DNA of 17,692 nt, from NCBI GenBank assembly GCA_049599475.1, contig JBMYOQ010000081.1:1-17692 (forward strand), written 5' to 3'. Under the pieces are notes generated by a model. That model was not told the DNA's origin, searched no databases, and was given only the letters and a program-made list of their open reading frames with translations. This document shows, in pieces, positions 1 to 8,293 of this stretch. A program made the position numbers and the translations under genes. The number at the start of each line of letters is the position of its first letter. Position 1 is the first letter of the stretch. The DNA comes from Opitutales bacterium. GTDB lineage: Bacteria; Verrucomicrobiota; Verrucomicrobiia; Opitutales; JABSRG01.

Positions 1-72
1 CATGCCATAATAGTACAAGGCTTTTATCGATTTATTTGAAGACAGCCCCTAGAGTATTGGGATATCTCATGG

Positions 73-792
73 TCAATTCTCCAGGACAGTCGCAATAGTT
101 TCGGCCACTTTTTCTGCGAGATACGCATACCCTTCAGGAGTGAAATGCACATCGCCTTCTGCTTTTTGAATTTCAGGAATACGCAGCGATGCATGCTCAT
201 GTAATAGGTTCGTTGATACGCCTGCGGCTTTCATTACCTCAGCTGCGATCGCATTATATTTCAACGCGTCGCCAGTAAACCTACCTGCTTCACCCTCTGG
301 CACTGGAGTTGTCTCACACCAGATAAGATGCGCTCCTGTAGCTTGCAAGCGCTCTACATTATCCTCAAGACTCTTCCGGTACTGGTCCAGTGTCGCGGTA
401 AGTTGTCCGTTTACCTTATCACGACTGCCTTGGTTCTCAGACTCTGGATTACGGTAACACAGATCCCAGAGCCCCCAGTTGAAGTGAATCACATCCCACT
501 CTCGATCTCCTAACCACTTCTTCAATCGCTTTGTTCCAAATGCCGCGTAGCGACCATTCGTTGGTATTCTGAATACATCGGCCTGTCCCCGCAGGAGCTT
601 CCTTACCTCGATTGTGTATCCAATCGATATGGAATCCCCTATCAAAAGAACATTTGGCAAGTCGGTATCTTCGGGATTATGGAACGCCTTTTGATATTCT
701 GGACCTGTGTAGAGCTCACCCGGCTCCGCGGCCTTGAGCCCCAGAGATAACAGGGCCATCCAGAGATAGATTGCTAGTTTTATATATATCAT
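73..792 (-). CDS. SGNH/GDSL hydrolase family protein, secreted (possible carbohydrate O-acetylesterase)
   Basis: 239-aa ORF with block I LLIGDSISIGY (nucleophile Ser), block III HFNWGLWD and C-terminal GDVHF (catalytic His). The hydrophobic N-terminus ends LKA-A, typical of a signal peptide. Confidence 0.9.
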   Translation of the reverse strand: MIYIKLAIYLWMALLSLGLKAAEPGELYTGPEYQKAFHNPEDTDLPNVLLIGDSISIGYTIEVRKLLRGQADVFRIPTNGRYAAFGTKRLKKWLGDREWDVIHFNWGLWDLCYRNPESENQGSRDKVNGQLTATLDQYRKSLEDNVERLQATGAHLIWCETTPVPEGEAGRFTGDALKYNAIAAEVMKAAGVSTNLLHEHASLRIPEIQKAEGDVHFTPEGYAYLAEKVAETIATVLEN

Positions 793-922
793 TCGGCAGG
801 CATTTTCATAAAGCTGTAAGCCCGTTTTTTAGCAGGATGCGAAGTCGTAATCGGAAATGTGAGGTAATGACGTTTCTGAATTTCTTTGGGCATTTCGGTC
901 AAGGGCAATTGTCTCGTTTGCC

Positions 923-944
923 CCAATCCCCGGAGACTGGCTAC
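923..944 (-). repeat. GTAG + hairpin overlapping the oxidoreductase stop codon (REP-like or 3' stem-loop)
   Basis: The minus strand reads GTAG-CCAGTC-TCCGGG-GATTGG. The TAG is the stop codon, and the 6-bp stem has one G-T pair. Confidence 0.3.
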
Positions 945-2353
945 ATTTTATAGTATTCCTCCCAGCCCGCGCGCGGAGCGGGATCCAAGAGTGCATTTGC
1001 CGCGGCATTATCAGTGATCGTCTGAGTAGCCGGATCGAAGGTAAATTTCCCGCCAAGGCGCTGAGAGATCATTCCTAGGTTGAACACCTGGCATAGTGGA
1101 GCGGCAACACTGAAGTCCGAGCGGGCTTTTTCCTCGTCTTTAACTGCCAAGAGAAAGTTCTCAAAATGGTTGGATACACGTGTCTGAAAACGCGGGAGTG
1201 TCCGACGCATATCCAAGAATTTCTCTTTCGGCACAATGTATAGTGGGCTCGTTTTAGCACCGCCTACAAAGGTAAGATCTTCACCATAAAGTATCTTCCC
1301 GGTGTTCGGCATTTTGACTGGCTTACGCGTCCCATCTTCTTGAAGTTCTCCCAGCTCTTCCGCGATTTCAGGAAAATTGCCTACGCCATCATGCCAATTC
1401 AATTCGCAATCTGGCATGTCCCCTCGCGCCGCGAACTTAAATTGAATGGTGGATGCTTGAGGGTATACGAACTGATTATGGCCTTCGAGTTTAAGTGCTT
1501 CCACGGTCTGCGGAAGCCCAAGCTCCAAAAACTCATGACAATTATCGAGGATATGCGGTCCCCAATCACCGAAGGCTCCCGAACCGTATTCAAACCATGA
1601 GCGCCAATTACCTGGATGGAGTCTTTTACTAAACGGGCGCTCAGGAGCGGAGTCATACCACACGTCTAGATTCATAGCATCCGGTACAGGATCTGATGGA
1701 TATTCTGTTGTACCCTGTCCCCAGCCATGCCAACGACGATCGCCGACCATCGTCGCATCGATGCGTGTAATATCTTTGATCACACCTGCCTTTAGCCATT
1801 CTTGAAATTGATAATAGGCTCCGCCTGAGCGCCCCTGGTTTCCCATTTGAGTCACCACTCCAGAGCGTTTGGCTAAATCCATCATACGCTGACATTGACC
1901 GAAGGTATGGGCCAACGGTTTTTGCACATAGACGGCCTTGCCCAAAGACATCGCCAACATCGTCGCGCTAAAATGCGAGTGATCAGGCGTTGCGATAAGC
2001 ACCGCATCGATCTCGCTGCTCATTTCATCGAACATTTTGCGAAAATCGGTGTAGGTCTTCGCGTCCGGATGGTTCTTCTGTGAGGACCGCGTATGCCCTG
2101 ACTTCAGATCAACATCGCACAGCGCTACAATATTGCACAGACCGGTCTTCGCCAATGCGGATATATTACCACGCCCTTGCCCACCTATGCCAATTGCGGC
2201 GACATTCACACGCTCACTGGGCGGTAATTCCTGGGCGGCGTTCTTTTGCCCAAATACATATGAAGCTGGCACCAAATTCAGGGCTCCCAGGGCTGCCGTT
2301 TTCTTCAGAAAGGCCCGCCGCTCTAGATTAGAATAGTTTACTTTTGTATTCAT
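941..2353 (-). CDS. Gfo/Idh/MocA family NAD(P)-dependent oxidoreductase with twin-arginine (Tat) signal
   Basis: 470 aa. Tat motif ERRAFLKK, Rossmann GIGGQG, IDAVLIATPDHSH, VYVQKPL (EKP-equivalent), QMGNQG and GDWGPH. Confidence 0.93.
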   Translation of the reverse strand: MNTKVNYSNLERRAFLKKTAALGALNLVPASYVFGQKNAAQELPPSERVNVAAIGIGGQGRGNISALAKTGLCNIVALCDVDLKSGHTRSSQKNHPDAKTYTDFRKMFDEMSSEIDAVLIATPDHSHFSATMLAMSLGKAVYVQKPLAHTFGQCQRMMDLAKRSGVVTQMGNQGRSGGAYYQFQEWLKAGVIKDITRIDATMVGDRRWHGWGQGTTEYPSDPVPDAMNLDVWYDSAPERPFSKRLHPGNWRSWFEYGSGAFGDWGPHILDNCHEFLELGLPQTVEALKLEGHNQFVYPQASTIQFKFAARGDMPDCELNWHDGVGNFPEIAEELGELQEDGTRKPVKMPNTGKILYGEDLTFVGGAKTSPLYIVPKEKFLDMRRTLPRFQTRVSNHFENFLLAVKDEEKARSDFSVAAPLCQVFNLGMISQRLGGKFTFDPATQTITDNAAANALLDPAPRAGWEEYYKM

Positions 2354-2383
2354 AAATTAGATCTATTTATTCTTTAAAAAGGT

Positions 2384-3970
2384 TTACTTAGTCGCAGAAG
2401 AATGCTCCCCGACGATCTTCATCATTTGTTCGCGCAGGTCAGCCTTAGCGGATGCATATTCGGGCTCGGATGCGACATTAGTCCACTCTTGAGGGTCCAT
2501 ATAATGGTCATAAAGCTCCTCTTCCCCGTTCGCCGTAAGTGTGTAACGAAATCGCTCTGAGCGCACTGATTGGTGAGGCCCAATCCCCCAGCCTTTCGCA
2601 TCCTGCATGCTTTTGCCGACAGCCATGTAAGCCACAGAAGGGCCGTCCCAGTTTTTCGTTTTAGGATTTTCAAGAAAGGGTCGCAGTGTGTGGCCATCAA
2701 GCGATAGGCCGCTTTGGTCGACATTCGGGTCCAACGGGAGTCCACAAAGATCGGCCAGTGTGGGATATAAGTCGACGGTGGTCACAGGGTGGTCGACTTC
2801 GCTCCCATTGCCCGCGAAACCTGGCGCATAAATAAAGAAGGGCACACGCGTGGACTCCTCCCAAAGGTGCCATTTCTGCATAGCCTGTTTTTCACCCAAG
2901 TGGTATCCGTGATCACTCGTGAACACGATTATAGTGTTTTCGGCGAATGCACTGTTCTCCAAGGCATCAAGCAGTGCGCCAACTTGATCGTCGACAAAGC
3001 TCACACTGGCCAAATAAGCCTGTATCCACGCTTTCCATCCTCCAAGCCTATTGATGGTTTTAAACTTCTCAAAACTGCGGATCCAGCGCTTCTTCAACGC
3101 TTCGGCGACATCATCCAAGTCGCCCTCTCGAACAGGGGGCAAGGTAACCGATTCTATAGGATAGAGGTCGAAATACTTCTGAGGGTTCACATGAGGCGTG
3201 TGAGGTCGCATTAGGCCGACACCTAGAAAAAATGGTTTCTCATGGGTTTGGTTCAGAATATTGATCGCATACTCGACCGATATTTCATCCGGCATGGGGT
3301 CGCGGTCCTCTTCGTTCACATACCGAAACGGCTTTCCATTTCTGTAAAACCATCCCTGCGTCCGCGGAAGCTTCGCATCTGTATTCTCAGACCAATCTGG
3401 AGCATTGTCCAACGACGCGTAGAGCAGATCATGGTGGCGCACATTCCCATATTTTTCCCAAAGATCTGGGTGCACCCAGGACACTTTGTTTTTCCCTGTT
3501 TTCCCAGGCCAAGGTCCGTAATCCACTCCGATTCCATAACCATCGTAAAAATCGCCGCCCTTACCTTCATGGAGCAACTTTCCTGTCCCGTAAGCGCCGT
3601 ACCCATGGTTGCGGAAATGAAGAGGAATCGGCACTGAATTCTTCAGTATTTTCGACTGATTCCAGGAACCAAAGGTGTAACTACCAAATGTGTGCGGATA
3701 CAGTCCCGAGAAAAGTACTTTCCTTGATGGACCACATACAGGGACTACGACATGGGCATTGGTAAAATTGACACTCTTCTCACGAAGGCGGTCTATATTC
3801 GGCACATGGACAGTCGGGTGATCATCAGGGTGCAAGACCCAATCATTGAGATCATCACACATAATGAACAATACATTCGGCCGCACATCGTCCGCGACGA
3901 CTAGGCCACAAGACACACAAACCAATGCCAGGAACACCAGAGTCCTTTTCATCCAACGCAGGGTGCTCAT
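2384..3970 (-). CDS. Formylglycine-dependent (S1) sulfatase, iduronate-2-sulfatase/choline-sulfatase-like, secreted
   Basis: 528 aa. PNVLFIMCDDL, signature CGPSRKVLFSG, GKLLH, RPHTPH..PQKYFDLYP, SDHGYHLGEK and KWHLWEESTRVP, plus a signal peptide. The start overlaps the upstream stop (ATGA, 3967-3970). An alternative ATG lies at 3952. Confidence 0.93.
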   Translation of the reverse strand: MSTLRWMKRTLVFLALVCVSCGLVVADDVRPNVLFIMCDDLNDWVLHPDDHPTVHVPNIDRLREKSVNFTNAHVVVPVCGPSRKVLFSGLYPHTFGSYTFGSWNQSKILKNSVPIPLHFRNHGYGAYGTGKLLHEGKGGDFYDGYGIGVDYGPWPGKTGKNKVSWVHPDLWEKYGNVRHHDLLYASLDNAPDWSENTDAKLPRTQGWFYRNGKPFRYVNEEDRDPMPDEISVEYAINILNQTHEKPFFLGVGLMRPHTPHVNPQKYFDLYPIESVTLPPVREGDLDDVAEALKKRWIRSFEKFKTINRLGGWKAWIQAYLASVSFVDDQVGALLDALENSAFAENTIIVFTSDHGYHLGEKQAMQKWHLWEESTRVPFFIYAPGFAGNGSEVDHPVTTVDLYPTLADLCGLPLDPNVDQSGLSLDGHTLRPFLENPKTKNWDGPSVAYMAVGKSMQDAKGWGIGPHQSVRSERFRYTLTANGEEELYDHYMDPQEWTNVASEPEYASAKADLREQMMKIVGEHSSATK

Positions 3971-5505
3971 TGTTTTCTTTTTTTCTTAGGTTTTTGATCC
4001 AGAGCAACCCCCTCGCGCCAGGCCATCATTGCCGCTTTCATCGCCGCTACTTTTTCCGGCATTTTCTCGGCTAGATTATTCACTTCGGCCCGATCATCCT
4101 CCAAATTGTAGAGCTCCTCAGACTTCTGTTTCGTATTGGTAATATATTTCCACGGATAATCGATATGCGTATAATTCCGGTTGAAGAACAGGTGAAACTC
4201 ACGATCTAAATCCATCTCTTCACCCGAAAGTATATCTACTATAGAAAGCCCGCGCATTGGCTTCAGTGGCCGCCCGTCGTATTCACTCGGATATTTCACT
4301 CCAGCCAAGTCTAATATCGTAGGCATGACATCCATTACCATAATTGGAGATGTATTGATTTCGCCGGTATTTTTTACCAAGGAAGGTGCATTCACAATGA
4401 AAGGAACCGCAAGGCCGCCTTCATGAACAGTGTTCTTCCATTTACGTAAGGGCGTATTAGAAAAATTAGTCCACGCCTCCCCTACCTGGATATGCGTTGT
4501 CGGACCGCCGATGAATCCACTGTAATCGTATCCATGACCAAAACGCTCGGCCTTCTGGCCCGGCCAAATGCCACTTCCACCTTCAGAGCAGCCTCCGTTG
4601 TCGGACGAAAAGAAAATCACCGTATTTTCGCGAACACCCATTTTATCGAGCTGCGCAAGAACGCGACCGATGTTCTGGTCGACACTGTCAATCATCGCGC
4701 AATAGCCCGCCATCACCCGGTCGTAGTATTCCTTCTTATCTTGAGGTAATGCCTCCCAAGCTTGAGCCATCTCCTTGAAATCTGGAGAAAGCTGAGTATC
4801 CGCAGGGAGAATTCCCATGGCTTTCATCCGCTCGAAGCGTTTCTTCCGCAAGGCAGATGGCCCCTTCATGAACTTGCCGACGTATTTATCAATATCTTCT
4901 TGCTTCGCGTGGATTGGGTAATGCGGTGCGTGATACGCGAGGTGCATAAAGAAAGGTTTGTCTGCACCATTCTCTTCAAGAAACTGGATCGCCATATCAG
5001 TATGCGCATCCGTCTTGTAAAAGGGCTCATCCGTGTGCCATGGCTCACCATCCAAGATCGTCTGCTTCACTCGGTGATCCCAGTAACTGCCACCATCTTC
5101 ATTGCCAAAGCTACGATCAAAGCCGCGTTTGGGCACCACGCTAAAATTATCCATGACCGCCCCATGCGTTTTACCCACTAAGTAGCTAGTATACCCAGCG
5201 GATTTCAAAGCTTCCGCGATCGTGATACCATCCTCTGGATACCGAACCGGTGGGGCGTCCATCCCTGTCATGATCGCATCCCGGGTGGGAAAACATTTGG
5301 GATAGGTGCGGTATTCGGTGAAGAGCATACCGGTTTGCGCCAATTTATCTAAATGAGGCGTATCCACTTCGCCCCCCATCGGAGAAATATCCGAATACCC
5401 CATGTCATCGACCATAATATTCAGGAAATTCAGCGGCTTGTCTGCCGTAAGAACCAGAGGGAAAATTAGGAAAATGAGATACCTCATGTGCATGTTTACA
5501 ATCAT
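3967..5505 (-). CDS. S1 arylsulfatase (AtsA-like), secreted
   Basis: 512 aa. NIMVDDMGYSD, CFPTRDAIMTG, GKTH, HAPHYPIHA, SSDNGG, SNTPLRKWK...HEGG and ELYNLEDDRAE, plus a signal peptide. The true start may be the ATG at 5493 or 5487. Confidence 0.93.
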   Translation of the reverse strand: MIVNMHMRYLIFLIFPLVLTADKPLNFLNIMVDDMGYSDISPMGGEVDTPHLDKLAQTGMLFTEYRTYPKCFPTRDAIMTGMDAPPVRYPEDGITIAEALKSAGYTSYLVGKTHGAVMDNFSVVPKRGFDRSFGNEDGGSYWDHRVKQTILDGEPWHTDEPFYKTDAHTDMAIQFLEENGADKPFFMHLAYHAPHYPIHAKQEDIDKYVGKFMKGPSALRKKRFERMKAMGILPADTQLSPDFKEMAQAWEALPQDKKEYYDRVMAGYCAMIDSVDQNIGRVLAQLDKMGVRENTVIFFSSDNGGCSEGGSGIWPGQKAERFGHGYDYSGFIGGPTTHIQVGEAWTNFSNTPLRKWKNTVHEGGLAVPFIVNAPSLVKNTGEINTSPIMVMDVMPTILDLAGVKYPSEYDGRPLKPMRGLSIVDILSGEEMDLDREFHLFFNRNYTHIDYPWKYITNTKQKSEELYNLEDDRAEVNNLAEKMPEKVAAMKAAMMAWREGVALDQKPKKKRKQ

Positions 5506-5539
5506 TTATGGATCAAGGTTATTACGTTCAGCAAAAAAA

Positions 5540-7081
5540 CTAAGGCATGATCGGTCTGATTTCCTCGCCATTTTTTTCTGGATACAAAGCCCCTTCCGCT
5601 TCCAGTTGATCCACCATGCGTTTCATCATCGAGGACAATTTTTCTGGGTTACTCGAGGCCAAGTTTGTCGTCTCGTAGGGATCTTCCGAGAGGTTAAAGA
5701 GTTGGTAGCGTTCAGAGTGCCCTTGCCCTTTCTTTTTACCCGTACCCAACACATAGTGATAGATAAGCTTCCAATCTCCCTGATGTAAGGACGTGAAGGT
5801 ACTCGAGCGGTGATCATGTGGAAAATGCATGAGGAAATTATCTTCACGAGACGGATCAGGATTGCCGCTCAAGAGAGTTGCTAAATCCTGCCCATCCACG
5901 ATGTGATCCTTGGGGACCTCCACACCTGCGAGATTCAAAACCGTCGGAAATACATCCATAATCATTCCCATCTGGGACTGAATCGAGCCCGCAGCTATGG
6001 GCAGCTTTTTCTGCAATGGGTTATTAGAGTCGGGACTTACCCAACTGACGATAAACGGTATCCGCGTTCCTCCCTCATAATGCGTGCCTTTTTTCCCCCG
6101 CAAGGGCGCCGAGCTACCGACGCTCCAGGGATCCTTGATACGCGAGTCTGAGCCATTATCACCCAAAAATATAAGTAAGGTATCCTCGGCCACACCGAGT
6201 GCCTCCACCGCATCCATGATATCGCCAAGAGACTTATCCATCCCTTCGATCAGCGTGGCGAAGCTCTTAACCGCTGCGGGCATCTTGCTATCAGCATAAT
6301 TCTCGGCAAAGCGCGGGTCACTGACCCATGGCGTGTGCACGGCGTAATGCGACATATGTAGGAAAAACGGGGTCTCCGCTTCGACTGATTTTTCCAGCTC
6401 CTTGATGGCCTCCAAAGTAAGGGCTTCGGTCAAGAACACGTCGCTCCCGTGATAGGCCTCCAAATGCGGCACAAAATACTCTGAATACTTCTTCCCTTGG
6501 TTTCTGTAGTTATCTTTGCCCAGATAACTCCCGGGCGACCCCTGTGAGCTTCCGCCCACATTCACATCGAAACCGACCTTTGTCGGATCTGCTCCGTCGT
6601 GTCCATCGGGCCCAAGGTGCCCCTTCCCTACATGGATCGTTTTATAGCCAGCCCCCTGCAACAAACTTTGCAACGAGACATCTCCGGCCTTCATTCCAGT
6701 CCAATTCCATTTTCTCGGACCAAATTTACCACGATTATTCGACGATGGCCGAATCCAGGTAGTGGTCTTGTGCCTTGTGGCATTTTGCCCTGTCAACAAA
6801 GACGCACGCGAAGGCGAGCACACCGATTGAGCATAGAATGTAGAAAAACGAATCCCTTGCCCCCCCATGCGCTCCATATTCGGAGTCTGATAAAATTCAT
6901 TCAAAGGATGGATTTCGGGCTCGCCGTTGTTATCTATCAACATCGGCACCGAAGTGTCCATGAGCCCCATATCATCAACCAAGAAAATGATTATATTGGG
7001 AAGCTTCTTCGCATGTACGAACGATATGCATCCGATCGTTAGCAACAAAACGGTCTTAATGAGTGTGGGGTGATGATTCAT
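5540..7081 (-). CDS. S1 sulfatase, secreted
   Basis: PNIIIFLVDDMG, CSPSRASLLTG, GKGH, HYAVHTP, GDNG and PLRGKKGTHYEGGTRIP. The signal peptide ends VHA. The ATG at 7081 is preferred over the GTG at 7099 in the ORF track. Confidence 0.93.
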   Translation of the reverse strand: MNHHPTLIKTVLLLTIGCISFVHAKKLPNIIIFLVDDMGLMDTSVPMLIDNNGEPEIHPLNEFYQTPNMERMGGQGIRFSTFYAQSVCSPSRASLLTGQNATRHKTTTWIRPSSNNRGKFGPRKWNWTGMKAGDVSLQSLLQGAGYKTIHVGKGHLGPDGHDGADPTKVGFDVNVGGSSQGSPGSYLGKDNYRNQGKKYSEYFVPHLEAYHGSDVFLTEALTLEAIKELEKSVEAETPFFLHMSHYAVHTPWVSDPRFAENYADSKMPAAVKSFATLIEGMDKSLGDIMDAVEALGVAEDTLLIFLGDNGSDSRIKDPWSVGSSAPLRGKKGTHYEGGTRIPFIVSWVSPDSNNPLQKKLPIAAGSIQSQMGMIMDVFPTVLNLAGVEVPKDHIVDGQDLATLLSGNPDPSREDNFLMHFPHDHRSSTFTSLHQGDWKLIYHYVLGTGKKKGQGHSERYQLFNLSEDPYETTNLASSNPEKLSSMMKRMVDQLEAEGALYPEKNGEEIRPIMP

Positions 7082-7411
7082 GGTGATCCTGAGGGACACA
7101 TTTGGTGCGGACCTATAAGCATAACCTCAAAGAGGCACACTTAGTAACAGTGCATGACATATTTAGTCTAATTTTGCGTCTGTAAAAGAATGTCGTCAGG
7201 ACAAGCAAGTCGCTCTGAAACAAAAAGAATTCAAAATTAAATAATATGTTTAAGCTCCGGTTAAGGGCAGCAAGATCGCAGATGGGCAGATTGCCTGCGA
7301 GTAAGATAAAAACTGTTCTTAGCTATCTAATCCAGCTTCGCAACAACCCCTATTTACAGGGCAACTACACCCTGATAAAAAGTCGTAAAACCACACCTAA
7401 CAATCTCAGAC

Positions 7412-7908
7412 ATCAAAGCATGGGCTCATATCCCCGAGGCGCGCATCACCGCCAGATGTAGCCGCAATCCAGTCAGCGCGCAAAGGCAGGCAAATTAAGA
7501 AGAGACTCCAAGCCCCTCCACCTCGAGGGCGAAAACACATATACATCGATCGACGACATGCTCGCCAACGAGGGACTGGACGCCGTATCCAGCCGGATAG
7601 CGCTGCGTTTAGGATGATGCCATCGGTAGCGGCCGAATGCGGCGTATCAGCTGGGCGTAATTGCTGTCTTCAACCGCTCGGAAATCGGTTGCTACCCCAT
7701 TTCTTCTCTAAACGCAGCGCCATTCGAATCCATCCTCCTTCCCACCGACCTTCACAAAGACGTATCCATAAAGTGCCTACGCGCAGGCTTGCACGTGCTC
7801 TGCGAAAAACCGATGGCCTTAAACTCAAACAAGTGCGCGAGTATCCTGAACACCGTCCTGGAAATGGGAAAAGAATTCATGGTTGCGCATTGCATACGAT
7901 TTTGGCCG
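7412..7908 (+). pseudogene. Truncated, frameshifted and insertion-disrupted Gfo/Idh/MocA oxidoreductase fragment
   Basis: Manual translation: 7412 IKAWAHIPEARITARCSRNP...stop (7496-7498). After a frameshift, 7501 RDSKPLHLEGENTYTSIDDMLANEGLDAVS. After the insertion, 7732 ILLPTDLHKDVSIKCLRAGLHVLCEKPMALN...FMVAHCIRFWP. LDAVSI.LPT.LH and HVLCEKP are family hallmarks. The GxGxxG N-terminus and the C-terminal domain are absent. Confidence 0.85.
7592..7727. mobile_element. 136-bp non-autonomous palindromic insertion (MITE/REPIN-like) flanked by 5-bp direct repeat ATCCA
   Basis: ATCCA at 7587-7591 and 7728-7732. Perfect 13-bp inverted repeat GCGCTGCGTTTAG (7600-7612) / CTAAACGCAGCGC (7708-7720). Inner inverted repeat GGTAGCGGCCGA (7625-7636) / TCGGTTGCTACC (7685-7696). 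Removing the element plus one ATCCA restores GTA TCC ATC CTC (V-S-I-L). Confidence 0.8.
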
Positions 7909-7966
7909 CCAAGCGAAGGTGAAAGCCCTCATGGCACCTTTCAATCGAATCGCTACAAGTATCCCA

Positions 7967-8293
7967 CTATCCCACGAGCATCGTGGCATTTTTGCTTTTA
8001 GCAGCCTCTATACTTTCAATCAGCTTCTCAACAGAGCCACGGACTAAGACCGATATCCAAGTGCATTGCTCATACTTGTATGCCGAATCAGTGTCGACAT
8101 ACTCATACAAGGCCTTTTTGCCAAAGGAGTTCGTTTCGATTACCTTTTGGAATTCATCAAAATGAGCGCCTCTGACGAGTATTTCGCATTGAAATAAGCC
8201 TTCTCGGAATAGGAATGAGCGCTCTGCGACCTTCCATTTACCGGGACGCGATAAATAATTACCAAATTCACTAGAGCGATTTGATTGTTCCAT
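7967..8293 (-). CDS. Hypothetical protein (108 aa from ATG 8293; frame open to 8395)
   Basis: Longest ORF in the interval, with protein-like composition (MEQSNRSSEFGNYLSRPGKWKV...). No family motif recognised and the start is uncertain. Confidence 0.45.
   Translation of the reverse strand: MEQSNRSSEFGNYLSRPGKWKVAERSFLFREGLFQCEILVRGAHFDEFQKVIETNSFGKKALYEYVDTDSAYKYEQCTWISVLVRGSVEKLIESIEAAKSKNATMLVG

Noticed and set aside
1..72. Possible start of a further minus-strand gene at the window edge
   Set aside because: The ATG at 70 stops after 12 codons. The CAT at 1-3 cannot be evaluated without flanking sequence.
903..923. GGGCAA/TTGCCC hairpin as an intrinsic terminator
   Set aside because: It has a 6-bp stem with a 9-nt loop and no U-tract on the transcribed minus strand.
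7276..7374. Short hairpins (TCGCAG/CTGCGA, CAGGG/CCCTG) considered as an ncRNA or riboswitch
   Set aside because: No recognisable riboswitch or tRNA consensus, and the stems are too short to support a call.
7614..7922. 102-aa ORF, plus the 7246-7461 and 7789-8001 ORFs as stand-alone genes
   Set aside because: 7614-7922 starts inside the insertion and is out of frame with the dehydrogenase homology. 7246-7461 is also off-frame and has no motif. 7789-8001 is the pseudogene's last fragment reading into unrelated DNA.
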